Assembly (NCBI RefSeq): GCF_964355755.1
Contig: NC_092678.1
Span: 13,514,352 to 13,578,351, forward strand
Reading direction: 5' to 3'
DNA from: Antedon mediterranea
Taxonomy: Eukaryota; Animalia; Echinodermata
DNA: 64,000 bases
The notes under the pieces are model-generated. The model did not search any database. It was not told the DNA's origin and was given only the letters and a program-made list of their open reading frames with translations. Below, in pieces: positions 14,067-26,519 of the stretch (its first letter is position 1; each line of letters starts with the position of its first letter). The translations under genes were made by a program, and so were the position numbers.

Positions 14067-15948
14067 TTATTATCCGTATTGTTCAAATTTATTTCTTAGT
14101 GTATAGATTATACACATGATTTATAATGAAATCTAGATAAAAAGTTACTTTATGTCTTTTTTATTATGTAACAACAAATGCGGTTTATGACATTATACGC
14201 AGAGGGATCTTTGATCGGATTGTGATACCGGCTATGGTGTTCGCGTTAGCAAGGTCCTATCATATATTATAAATAATTAAAGATTCTGAGAAAATCAATC
14301 AATCAATATATCTTTTAAAAATCAATTATCTTTATTTAAATCAATGCATATAACCTATAATTCGTCATAGTGACGAATTAAATCTAGTTTATTTATTCTT
14401 TCCTTAGCACTATTTTGTCCGTGCATTATCTTGGCATCAGTTTAATCTAGCTAAGTCAAGTTTTCAGAGTATATTCCTCATGGCCAGGAATCGATGTGGT
14501 TATATTTTCATGATGCGTAATCAAAAATTACGCGGTCTACGCGCGATTTTACGAAATCACGTTTGTAATCATATCTTCACAAGCATGAATCACAATTAAA
14601 CAAAATTTGGTACTCATAAATTTCAGGTCATATTCCATCATATGGAAATAAAATTACGTGCGTAGCGCATGTAACGCTTGCGTACGCGCGCTTAAAATGT
14701 TCAAAATTGTCAAAATTTATTTTCGATGAAATTAGAGTACGTTTCAGGCAATTTTAAGCGTTTAAAAAAATGCCATGAGTGCGCAGATTTTTGCACGCGC
14801 ACTGCGCGTTAAACGTTAATGCGCACTCTTTTTGCCCGATTTCTGTTTTACAATCTTTCTTTAATAATATCATCATTTTTGATTCAGGTTTCAACTCGAA
14901 ATTGCGTTATACGAGCACATCAAAAGTGACTGGCTACGCACGTATAAGTTAACAAAATGGTGAAAATATGCTAAATTTTAAAATTAATATATATCGTCAG
15001 AATGCAGGGGAACACCTATTTTTTATTTCATTTTCTTGAAGTGTATGTATCATATGTATGATTTATTATCAAATAAAGAGAACAAAAGTTGATTAAGTCA
15101 TCATTAATTGCATATTAAATAAAAAAAAAATAATTTCGACAATCAAACAAATTATGACATTTTCTTAGGCCAAAATAACAAACTTAACATTAACTTTCTT
15201 CCTTCAAAAATTCATATATTAAAGTTAAAAGTATGTAGTTTGACAGTGCATCATTTGTATACATTTTAAAAATGTCATCATAGTAAAAAATTATAATTCA
15301 TTTCGGTATGTAATAATCTATTTGCATCAAAGTGGTTACTGCATAGTAAATACACGGAGGAATTTTTCTACAACTTTTAGTCAGTTGTGTACGGCTCGGT
15401 GGTCTGTGCTCGTGTCTATGGCATTCAAGGTACCGAGATCGAGTCTCACCTTGGGAAACGAAATAAGATTTTTTTTTTATTATCCGTATTGTTTGTTCAA
15501 ATTTATTTCTTAGTGTATAGATTATACACATGATTTATAATGAAATCTAGATACAAATTAACTTATGTCTTTATTATTATGTAACAACAAATGTGGTTTA
15601 TGACATTATACGCATATGGATCTTTGATCGGATTGTGATACCGGCTATGGTGTTCGCGTTAGCAAGGTCCTACCATATATTATAAATAATTAAAGATTCT
15701 GAGAAAATCAATCAATCAATATATCTTTTAAAAATCAATTATCTTTATTTAAATCAATGCATATAACCTATAATTCGTCATAGTGACGAATTAAATCTAG
15801 TTTGCCTTTGGATTTATATATATATATATATATATATAAACAAATCAGGCAAAGAACATTAATTCTAAACCGCCCGGTGATATACTGACATTTAATTAAT
15901 TAATTTGAAACGATAAAGATGAGGAAATTTGTGAGAATGAGAAAAAGT

Positions 15949-16020
15949 CGCCCCAACCGAGACTCGAACTCGGACCGCCTGCTTGATATGCAGATGTCCT
16001 AACCATTAGACCACTGGGGG
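15949..16020 (-). tRNA. tRNA-derived sequence or pseudo-tRNA (Glu-like body, ATC at the anticodon position)
   Basis: 72 nt: CCCCCAG TG GTCT AATGGTT AGGAC A TCTGC ATATCAA GCAGG CGGT CCGAG TTCGAGT CTCGG TTGGGGC G, which folds by eye as a cloverleaf. Variant at 16537-16608; duplicates at 32703-32774 and 33291-33362. Confidence 0.6.
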
Positions 16021-16313
16021 CTTTCATGGTATTGTTCGAACTCGATTGGATAGCGACTCTTTAACATTCTCGGCGTATTATATATACATTACTTTTGCCA
16101 GAGACATTCACATATTAACAATTATTTACACTTGAAGCTTTTGTCTTTGTTTTAAATTTCCTGCTTTATAAGCAACCATTCCTGCTTTGTACCCCATAGC
16201 TTTTGGAGGCGTGCCTTTATAACTATGCCTTTTGTTTGTTAACATCTTTGATTGGCTGATTTGTTTTATTATGTAATGTTGTGACTTATATATGTTATCC
16301 TTTGTTACAATTC

Positions 16314-16356
16314 TTTTCACCTGATGATGGGCTATTCCCGAAACATGTCGTTAAAA
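16314..16356 (+). ncRNA. Minimal type I hammerhead ribozyme in a probable Penelope pLTR remnant (~16090-16400)
   Basis: ttttcac-CTGATGA-t-GGG ctatt CCC-GAAAC-AT-GTC-gttaaaa, with palindromic ACATGT at stem III and AATAAA immediately after. Confidence 0.65.
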
Positions 16357-16395
16357 TAAATCTATACTGAGGCAGTTTTAACTTATTTGATCTTG

Positions 16396-16429
<34 letters not shown>

Positions 16430-17324
16430 AAATCAGGCAAAGAACATTAATTCTAAACCGCCTGGTGATATACTGAAATTTAATTAATTAATTTGAAACG
16501 ATAAAGATGAGGAAATCTGTGAGAATGAGAAAAAGTCGCTCCAACCGAGACTCGAACTCGGACCGCCTGCTTGATATGCATATGTCCTAACCATTAGACC
16601 ACTGGGACTTTCATGGTATTGTTCGAACTCGATTGGATAACGACTCTTTAACATTCTCGGCGTGGTACGGCGGAACAGCACTAGTCCTCAGTTGTACGCA
16701 CGCGCAACAGAGATCAAATTGATACGCCCTCATCTTTCAGTATTTTTATTCACGAGGCGGGATCTCCGAAGAGATACTTTTATATATATAAACACAAGAG
16801 GCAAAAAACATTAATTCTAAACCGCCCGGTGATATACTGAAATTTAATTAATTAATTTGAAACGATAAAGATGAGGAAATCTGTGAGAATGAGAAAAAGT
16901 AAATACGACTAGTTATTATTATTAAAAGTAGACACGATCGTCTCTATGATGGGCCCGATCTTCCAGGGGCCCGATCGTCTGTTTACCGTTATTGTTAATA
17001 ACTAACATCTATCCTAGCATCCCCCTGAACTAGAAGCCTAGCTAGTAGTAGCGCCCAAAATTAATATGATTATAATAAATTAATTTTTTATTATTGATAG
17101 GTGACAGGTCTAGAAAGACGATAGGCTAGGCCTACAGTCTACTAGTACTAGCCTAATTATAGTTATACTATTCATCTACATCATCAGAGAATAGCAATTG
17201 CCAATTTGGATCTCATTGAGTTGACAAGCATTTTTGTAAAAATTAAGATTATACTAATTTTGTTCAAGTACCTTTTTAAATAGATACAGTACTACATATC
17301 TACATAAATAAACTACATAAAAAA

Positions 17325-17358
<34 letters not shown>

Positions 17359-17400
17359 TAATTATAATAATAACAATAATAATAATAATAATAATAATAA
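17325..17400. repeat. (TA)n and (ATA)n microsatellite (duplicate 34079-34154)
   Basis: Directly visible. Confidence 0.9.
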
Positions 17401-18257
17401 GATTATACAGCGCAAATATGTAAAAGTTATCAGCAGATATGTTATATGAACAGCACAATGGAAATGCCATGTTGTTAGTTGAAATAAAAGTGGAACAACC
17501 ACACGAAAGAGAGAAAGAAAAAATAATGATATTTAAATAGTTAGTTAAAATGTTAATATTGAAACTGTTAACACAGAGAAAGTTGTAATTAATATGTGAT
17601 AATACTGTAGTGTATAAAAACTTATTGGGACCGTTTCCGTACGGTAAACCATTGTATCCCCGACTGTAGAGGGCAGTGTTCAAAAGCATTACAAAAACCG
17701 ATTATGTAAAATAATAATAGACACGTGTTTCGCCCTCGCGAGGTCACCGTCAGTTTGACCTTTTAGTGTGTATACAATTGGTAAAATGGTAAACAAACAC
17801 ATAACAGTGAGAGGTATGTTAAAGCAATGGGAGAACTGAGAGATGATCATCTTAAAAAGCAATCGTCAAAACTAGCCTTTTGATGGAATGGCATGGTAAT
17901 GTTATTTATTTTCTAAACTTATGTTTTATATTCACTGTAGAATTATTTGGGCATTTGGTTCGGAATCATCGACTTTATTTATGTATTGTCATTTGGTTTG
18001 TGGCCTAGGCTACTGTACTAGGCTAGCCTAGCTAGGCCTAGCCTAGACTAGGCCCTAGTACTAGTAGAGGCTATATATTTTACGGTGCATTTACTACATG
18101 TTAACTGTTGATTTTATTTACAAATGTTGCGTAAATATATTAATTATTATCTTTCATTCTTCTTCATGCTCCTGTTGCATCTTCCATAATATTATGTGAT
18201 GTTCTTCGGCGCAATAAACAGACACCCAAGCCTCCTTAGGCCTAGTAGACCAAGTAC

Positions 18258-21200
18258 GGGTGTGTCGAAAGCGAAGACCTCGAAAGCGAAGATCGAAGAC
18301 CGAAGACCTCGAAAGCGAAGACCCGGCCTACACGGTAGTGTACACAAAATCGGACCAAAATCACACACAACTGATGATAACACCTTGAATTTACAGATTC
18401 TAAAAAAATATTTCGATTTTAATCGTTATGTTATCAAAAAACATGACTTTATCTATGAACAAGCTCACGTGTATTCTCCAATGGAGTTAATATGTGATAT
18501 GGTTTTACGAACAAACACATCGCGCTATTTGCAAGGCGACGGACGCACAAGAAGGACATCGCACAGAGCATTGAATTGAATGCAATGCCTACAATTTAAA
18601 ACCATAGCCAAATTGTATAGAAAAAGTATAGAAATAAACTACAATATGTAAATTATAAGAAGTAAAGGATTGCGATAGCCCTATTTAGGCTAATTTTAGA
18701 GCCTATATAAAAAGTGTCCGTATCATAGATTTTACACTTGTTTTAAAAAATGTTATACGCGTGAATACAACTTAGAGATCCTTTTTTTTTTGCATTTAAA
18801 TATGTTGATATTATGTTTATTATCTATAATATTTGCATATTATCTAAAATGTATGAATAAATACAATAAGATATTTATTTTCCTTTAATTATTCTGTATA
18901 GTATTTTAAACGTTTACATTTTCCCCATTTTAGCCTATACTGCAGTATTGCTGATTTAATTATTCGCCAGTTTAAAAATGTTTTTCTAATAATAATGGAC
19001 AAATAATATTATCAGTATCGGTTAGTGTGATTGGTGAAGCGACAGTAATATGTAAAGAAGAAAAATGTAAAAAGTAAAATAAATATTTCATTAACCAACG
19101 TATGAACAGCTTGGTTCCCACTAGAACGTAACGCAAGGACGTAAACGCAAGCGTTTTAACCAATGACAAGCGAAGTTATAGACAGTTAGCAATCAACAAA
19201 AACATCCTGCCGCAACGTATCGTATTGACGCGCAACATAAGAAAATACTCTATTTTGCATCCCCTCACGAGAGAATCATTACGATGAACGTAACTGAGGC
19301 ATAAACGGTGTTGAACACGTCGGCTCCCACTTGTGAAGACACGCAAGTTTGTTCTTAATGCGCACTTTGCGTGGATCTGGAAACTAATTCCAGCTCTTAA
19401 AATATTTCCAGGCCAAATTTGACAGAACATATTCAAATTATGATTTGACAAAAAGCTAAAAAGAACGAACGATAGGAATCAGCGTTCTGCAAATTTTGGT
19501 TATAATCGATCGTTTCCTGCGACATATAATCTGTTTCACGGCTTCCATAATTCAGAATAACATTTAATTATGCCATTATGTCAACGTTAACAAAGACAAA
19601 AGCCATTCAAAACAAAGATTGAAATAAAAAATATTCGCTCCAAAATTGTCGATTTTGTTACGGTTGCAATGTGATTAGTGACGATATTAAAACGGGTGTT
19701 TATTTATATCGGTATTACGTTTACCGACACTGTCAAAAGACATTTCCAGTTCCAGACAGTTTAATGAAGTTCCAGTTCCGCCAACCACAATTGTCCTTAT
19801 CATCAAAGTAAAAAAACTGACTTCTGAAGCATTGCCCGTGGTGAATACAAAAAAAAGAGTTACTCTCTATACATGTCTTTGTTAAGGATGGTGAATTTTT
19901 ATCGGGCTTAACCACTCTAACCCCCAACCTTCTATCTCACAGGCTTGTGGGATGAGACGACTATTCAACAGTCTCCCGATTTTCAACAGATTGTCGACGT
20001 CCCGCTTCTAAATGTTTGCATATCCCTGCCATGAGTCTCCATTAACAAAAGAAAATATAAATTTAAAAAAAATGAAGAAACAGGTTACCGGTTGTATACT
20101 GACCATTTAAATATAGAATTGACACTACACAAACAAATCTAAGAGAATTATATACTATTATAACGGGTTAACGATCGAGCAAAATCTTCAGAATGTGATG
20201 CCTATCGTTCGTTCTACAGTAGGCCTATTAATTTGAATACAGTATAATTTTTGATTTTGACAATAAAAAGATATAAAATAAAGTTCCGTTAGTTCACGGT
20301 AAGCTATTGGGACGAACTGTCATCGGCCCGGGAAATATTTTAAGAGCTGAAATTTGTTTTCAGATCGACGCAACGTATCCACGCAAAGTGCAACACAAGG
20401 ACGTAACGCAACGCAAGTGAATTGACCAATCACAAGCGATGGCTTATTCGCTTCTGATTACTAACTGTCTATAACTTCGCTTGTCATTGGTTAAAACGCT
20501 TGCGTTGCGTGTACGTTCTTGCGTTACGTTCTAGTGGGAACCAAGCTTAAGGAAATAACCTTGCGTGTCATCACAAGTGGGAATCGACGTGTTCAACACA
20601 CCGTTTCTGCTTTACGTTCATCATAATGATCTTTTCGATCGTGAGGGGATGCAAAATAGATAGATGACTATTTTTCTTTACGTTGCGCATCAATACGATA
20701 CGTTGTGGCAGGATTTTTTTGTTAGTGGTTTATACGTTGGTTAATGAAATATCTATTTTCCTTTTTAAATTTTTCTTTACATAGTAGGCCTACTGTCGTT
20801 TCACCAACCACACTAAATATTCTGATACTGATATATTATTTGTCTATTATGAATACATTAGAAAACATTTTGAAACTGGCGATTAAGTAAAACAGCAATA
20901 GTATACAATGGGAAAATGTAAAAGTTTAAATACAATACAGGAAAATGAATATCTTATTGTATTTATTTATACATTTAGATAATAAACAATAGGCAAATAT
21001 TATAGATAAAAAACACATAGCAACATATAAAATCAAAATACGGACACTTTTTATTATAGGCTCTAAAATAAGCCTAAAAAAAGCCTACCGCCATCCTTTA
21101 CTTCTTACAATTTACTTTATGTAGTTTATTTCTATACTTATAAACAATTGGCTATGGGTTTAAATTGTAGGCGACGTGTGCTACAAAGTTATCGGAACAA

Positions 21201-21541
21201 AAGTGACATTTAATTTTGCATTCAATTCAATGCTCTGTGCGAGGGCCTTCTTGTGCGTCCGTCGCCTTGCAAATAGCGCGATGTGTTTGTTCGTAAAACC
21301 ATATCACATATTAACTCCATTGGTGAAAACGCGTGAGCCTGTTCATAGATAAAGTCATGTTTTTTGATAACGTAACAATTAAAATCGAAATATTTTTTTA
21401 GAATCTGTAAATTCAAGGTGTTATCACGATTTTGTATGATTTTGGTCGGATTTTGTAAACACTACCATTTCGTAGGGTCTTCGCTTTCGAGGTCTTCGGT
21501 CTTCGATCTTCGCTTTCGAGGTCTTCGCTTTCGACACACCC
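18258..21541. mobile_element. Non-autonomous foldback / Mutator-like DNA transposon with ~1.2-1.4 kb diverged inverted arms
   Basis: Termini GGGTGTGTCGAAAGCGAAGACC / GGTCTTCGCTTTCGACACACCC. GACCAAGTAC flanks both ends (18248-18257, 21542-21551). Subterminal CGAAGAC repeats. No transposase ORF. Confidence 0.85.
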
Positions 21542-21786
21542 GACCAAGTACCGCATCAGGCAACGCCACCGGGCGGGCGGAGAGACACGAGCACATCGTG
21601 GAAGTACCTTTCCTTGAAAAATTTCCAAGATTTTTATTATTATTATTTTATTTTTATTATTATTTTATTGTTTATGTTATATTATATATAAATTATAATT
21701 ATTGTTAAAGCTTAATTACAGTTAATGTAATTGACATAATAATATGCCCAGCCAGATGTAGGAGTGGCTGGCAGGTAAAAGCTTAA

Positions 21787-22412
21787 AGACCCCTTCCCTG
21801 CAATTTTGGACGTTTTTTGGAAAATAATACATATATATCACTTTAAAAACATTAAACCATGTCATTCCTTGTCTTAAATGTACGTTTTATGGTAAATTAT
21901 GATAAAAAGTGAGAAACAATGCACTACCTAAGTAGCTCGCGGCGATCGACCTCTCGTGGACGGTCTCAGGCCTAGCCTAGCTAGGCTTAGTTTTGTAGGC
22001 CTAGCTGGTAAACATCGGTAACGTACGAACATCGTACGCTAGCTATATACCTAGCCTGACGTTGTATAGTTGCTGCATTAATTGTCTTTCTATTTTTGCC
22101 AGACTCCGTTGATACAAATTGGGGAAAACCCGGTATTTTCGCTGAAAAGTTAGGAGTCTTCCATTTGTTTTGGCTTCACGATCGATCGAAAAGTGGGCGA
22201 ATTACAGGTGAAAAACAACAATATCAATCCGCGCGCAATGCATTTTGGGATTTATAGCGGGCCGCTATAATTATTAAAATCGATTTATTTTTCACATTTT
22301 TAACCGTTTAAAGACGAAAAAAGTTATCGCAATAGGACCATATAGTATTATTTTTACATTAAATATAGTTTGTGATCTTAAATTAGATCTAAAAAACGTA
22401 GGGAATGGGGCT
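21787..22412. mobile_element. Kolobok-type MITE
   Basis: TTAA on both sides; imperfect TIR AGACCCCTTCCCT / AGGGAATGGGGCT. Same family at 38541-39166 and 45374-45796. Confidence 0.72.
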
Positions 22413-22632
22413 TTAAGCTTTCTGTTTTGAATATTTGGTAGTCTAGATGATAAATATGATAGTACGTGGAGCATGACGAAAATATAGTAGGGACTACTTT
22501 TATACTTCCATACTGTACAATCATGTGTATAATATATTCCAAGCAGCAGACTTACTACAAAATTACTATGACAGTTGTTAGCCTATGATTATGATATAAT
22601 TTTCTTTTAAAGGAATCAAGATGTACTTCTAG

Positions 22633-22810
22633 TTACTGTATCAGGTTCAAAGATTGTAAGTCATGTGCAAAGGTTGAAGGATGTGGTTGGTTTGATTCAA
22701 CTCGTACCTGTCTGCCGGGTACAAGCACAGGGCCCGATGACGCAGTTACCTGTCATGCATGGTTTCACAACTATTGTTTTAGCACCGGGACATGCTCCAG
22801 CAATATCGAG
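22633..22810 (+). pseudogene. Duplicated PSI-domain exon of the host gene
   Basis: AG/GT bounded. Translates YCIRFKDCKSCAKVEGCGWFDSTRTCLPGTSTGPDDAVTCHAWFHNYCFSTGTCSSNIE, a PSI-like Cys pattern. Same exon at 39387-39564. Confidence 0.7.
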
Positions 22811-23182
22811 GTAGATTTTTTTATTTTTTGTTTAAAACGTTTACTTCACATTCAGATTGTTATAAAACTATACACATTCTATACAATTCAATTCGTCGAG
22901 TTTCAAAAATTACTTTACGATGTTGAAAGCCTTATGGAAACTACACAATAAATAAATAGGCCTATTTATAACCGAAGCATATAATTTATTGTTTAACATC
23001 ATCATCTATTCATAATCTCAAAAATCAACTTAGACATTAGATTGTGAACGAACACACTGCAACTTTACAAGATTAAGTGCTAAAACAGGATCATGCCAGA
23101 GTTGTCTGGATTTGAAGCAATGTTTTACTAATACAGTGAGTATAATTTACATTAGGTTTATGCAATTATTTAGGACGCTTTT

Positions 23183-24755
23183 TGGCTCGGTGGTGTGTGC
23201 TCGTGTCTATGGCACTCAAGGTACCGAGATCGAGTCTCACCTTGGGAAACGAAATAAGATTTTTTTTTTATTATCCGTATTGTTTGTTCAAATTTATTTC
23301 TTAGTGTATATATTATACACATGATTTATAATGAAATCTAGATAAAAAATAACTTATGTCTTTATTATTATGTAACAGCAAATGTGGTTTATGACATTAT
23401 ACGCAGAGGGATCTTTGATCGGATTGTGATACCGGCTATTGTATTCGCGTTAGCAAGGTCCTATCATATATTATAAATAATTAAAGAATCTGAGAAAATC
23501 AATGAATCAAAATATCTTTTAAAAATCAATTATCTTTATTAAAATCAATGCATATAACCTATAATTCGTCATAGTGACGAATTAAATCTAGTTTTTATCT
23601 AGATTTCATTATAAATCATGTGTATAATCTATACACTAAGAAATAAATTTGAACAAACAATACGGATAATAAAAAAAAACTTATTTTGTTTCGTTTCCCA
23701 AGGTGAGACTCGATCTCGGTACTTGAATGCTATAGACACGAGCAAAGACCACCGAGCCATACACAACTGACTAAAAGTTATGGAAAGATTCCTCCGTGTA
23801 TTTACTATGCAGTAACCACTTTGGTGCAGATAGATTATTACATACCGCAATGAATTATAATGTTTTACTATGATGACATCTTTAAAAATTAAAAAAAATG
23901 ATGCACTGTCAAACTATATACTTTTAACTTTAATATATGAACTTCTTAAGGAAGAAAGTTAACATTAAGTTTGTTATTTTGGCCTAAGAAAATGTTATAA
24001 TTTGTTTGATTGTCGAAATTAATTTTGTTAAATTTAATATGCCATTAATGATGACTTAATCAACTTTTGTTCTTCTAATTTCATAATAAATCATACATAT
24101 GATACATACACTTCAAGAAAATTAAATAAAAAATAGGTGTTCCCGAGCATTCTAACGATATATATTAATTTCAAAATTTAGCATATTTTCACCATTTTGT
24201 TAACTTACACGTGCGTAGCCCGTCACTTTTGACGTGCTCGTATAACGCTGTTTCGCGTTGAAAAGTGAATAAAATATGATGATATTATTAAAGAAAGGTT
24301 ATACAACAGTAATCGGACACAAACAGTGCGCATTAACGTTTGACGCGCAGTGCGCGTGCAAAAATATGCGCACTCATGGCAATTTTTTAAACGCTTAAAA
24401 TTGCCTGAAACGTACTCTAATTTCATCGAAAATAAATTCTGACAATTTTCAACATTTTAAGCGCGCGTACGCATGCGTTATATGCGCTACGCACGGAATT
24501 GTATTGCCATATGATGAAATATGACCTGAAATTTATGAGTACCAAATTTTGTTTAAAAGTGATTCATGTTTGTGAAGATATGATTACAAACGTGATTTCG
24601 TTAAATCGCGCGTAGACCGCGTAATTTTTGATTGCGCATCGTGAAAACATAACCACATCGATTCCTGGCCATATGGAATATACTCTGAAAAATTGACTTA
24701 GATAGATGAAACTGATGCCAAGATAATTCACGGACAAATAGTGCTAAGGAAAGAA

Positions 24756-24826
<71 letters not shown>

Positions 24827-26353
24827 ACTAGATTTAATTCGTCACTATGACGAATTATAGGTTATATGCATTGATTTAAATAAAGATAATTGATTTTTAA
24901 AAGATATATTGATTGATTGATTTTCTTAGAATCTTTAATTATTTATAATATATGATAGGGCGTGACCTGGCCTTGCTAACGCGACCACCATAGCCGGTAT
25001 CACAATTCGATCAAAGATCCATATGCGTATAATGTCATAAACCACATTTGTTGTTACATAATAATAAAGACACAAGTTAATTGATTTCATTATAAATCAT
25101 GTGTATAATCTATACACTAAGAAATAAATTTGAACAAACAATAAGGATATTAAAAAAACAAAATCTTATTTCGTTTCCCAAGGTGAGACTCGATCTCGGT
25201 ACCTTGAATGCCATAGACACGAGCACAGACCATCGAGCCATACACCACTGACTAAAAGTTGTAGAAAAATTCCTCCGTGTATTTACTATGCAGTAACCAC
25301 TTTGATGCAAATAGATTATTACATACCGAAATGAATTATAATTTTTTACTATGATGACATCTTTAAAATGTAAACAAATGATGCACTGTCAAACTACATA
25401 CTTTTAACTTTAATATATGAACTTTTGAAGGAAGAAAGTTAATGTTAAGTTTGTTATTTTGGCCTAAGAAAATGTCATAATTTGTTTGATTGTCGAAATT
25501 ATTTTTTTTAAATTTAATATGCAATTAATGATGACTTAATCAACTTTGGTTCTCTTAATTTGATAATAAATCATACATATGATACATACACTTCAAGAAA
25601 ATGAAATAAAAAATAGGTGTTCCCCTGCATTCTGACGATATATATTAATTTTAAAATTTAGCATATCTTCACCATTTTGTTAACTTATACGTGCGTAGCC
25701 AGTCATTTTTGACGTGCTCGTATAACGCAATTCCGAGTTGAAACCTGAATCAAATATGATGATATTATTAAAGAAAGATTGTAAAACAGAAATCGGGCAA
25801 AAAGAATGCGCATTAACGTATAACGCGCAGTGCGCGTGCAAAAATTTGCGCACTCATGGCAATTTTTTAAACGCTTAAAATTGCCTGAAACGTACTCTAA
25901 TTTCATCGAAAATAAATTTTAACAATTTTGAACATTTTAAGCGCGCGTACGCAAGCGTTATATGCGCTACGCACGTAATTGTATTGCCATATGATGAAAT
26001 ATGACCTGAAATTTATGAGTACCAAATTTTGTTTAATTGTGATTCATGCTTGTGAAGATATGATTACAAACGTGATTTCGTAAAATCGCGCGTAGACCGC
26101 GTAATTTTTGATTACGCATCGTGAAAATATAACCACATCGATTCCTGGCCATAAGGAATATACTCTGAAAACTTGACTTAGCTAGATGAAACTGATGCCA
26201 AGATAATGCACGGACAAAATAGTGCTAAGGAAAGAATAAATAAATAAATAAATAAATAAATAAAGATTTTGACAGAATCAAGAGGTTATATGCATATCAT
26301 GCATATAACCTAATAAATAAAGATTCTGACAGAATCAAGAGGTTATATGCATG
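23183..26353. mobile_element. Duplicate of the B 3' fragment (+) and the minus-strand B stack
   Basis: Matches 5433-8595, except that (TAAA)n is 8 bp longer. Confidence 0.8.
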
Positions 26354-26357
26354 CTAG

Positions 26358-26407
26358 TTAGGTTATATGCATGATATGCATATAACCTCTTGATTCTGTC
26401 AAAATCT

Positions 26408-26438
<31 letters not shown>

Positions 26439-26488
26439 TTAGGTTATATGCATGATATGCATATAACCTCTTGATTCTGTCAAAATCT

Positions 26489-26519
<31 letters not shown>

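Larger units (their letters stand above)
8600..15800 (+). mobile_element. Nested stack of family B and A elements
   Basis: Order: 3 B heads (8600-8830); B body (to 10240); B head (10257); 2 A heads (10350, 10401); 2 A bodies (to 11712, 12972); 2 B bodies (to 14387, 15800). B head is TTAGGTTATATGCATgatATGCATATAACCT...(TTTA)n. Confidence 0.82.
15815..16900 (-). repeat. Three copies (one truncated) of a tRNA-containing repeat bounded by (TA)n
   Basis: Units at ~15838-16078, ~16425-16663 and ~16790-16900 share AAAC..AGGCAAA..CATTAATTCTAAACCGCC...GAGAATGAGAAAAAGT. Duplicate at 32569-33654. Confidence 0.75.

Noticed and set aside
17300-17689. 129-aa hydrophobic ORF
   Set aside because: The Ile/Tyr runs are translated microsatellite.
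17640-17900. CTCF-like word (TAGAGGGCAGT), CpG patch and possible mini-exons
   Set aside because: A short motif match with no supportable gene or element boundaries.
18196-18579. 127-aa basic ORF with a mirrored copy at 21222-21628
   Set aside because: It crosses the transposon boundary and derives from TIR and subterminal repeats.
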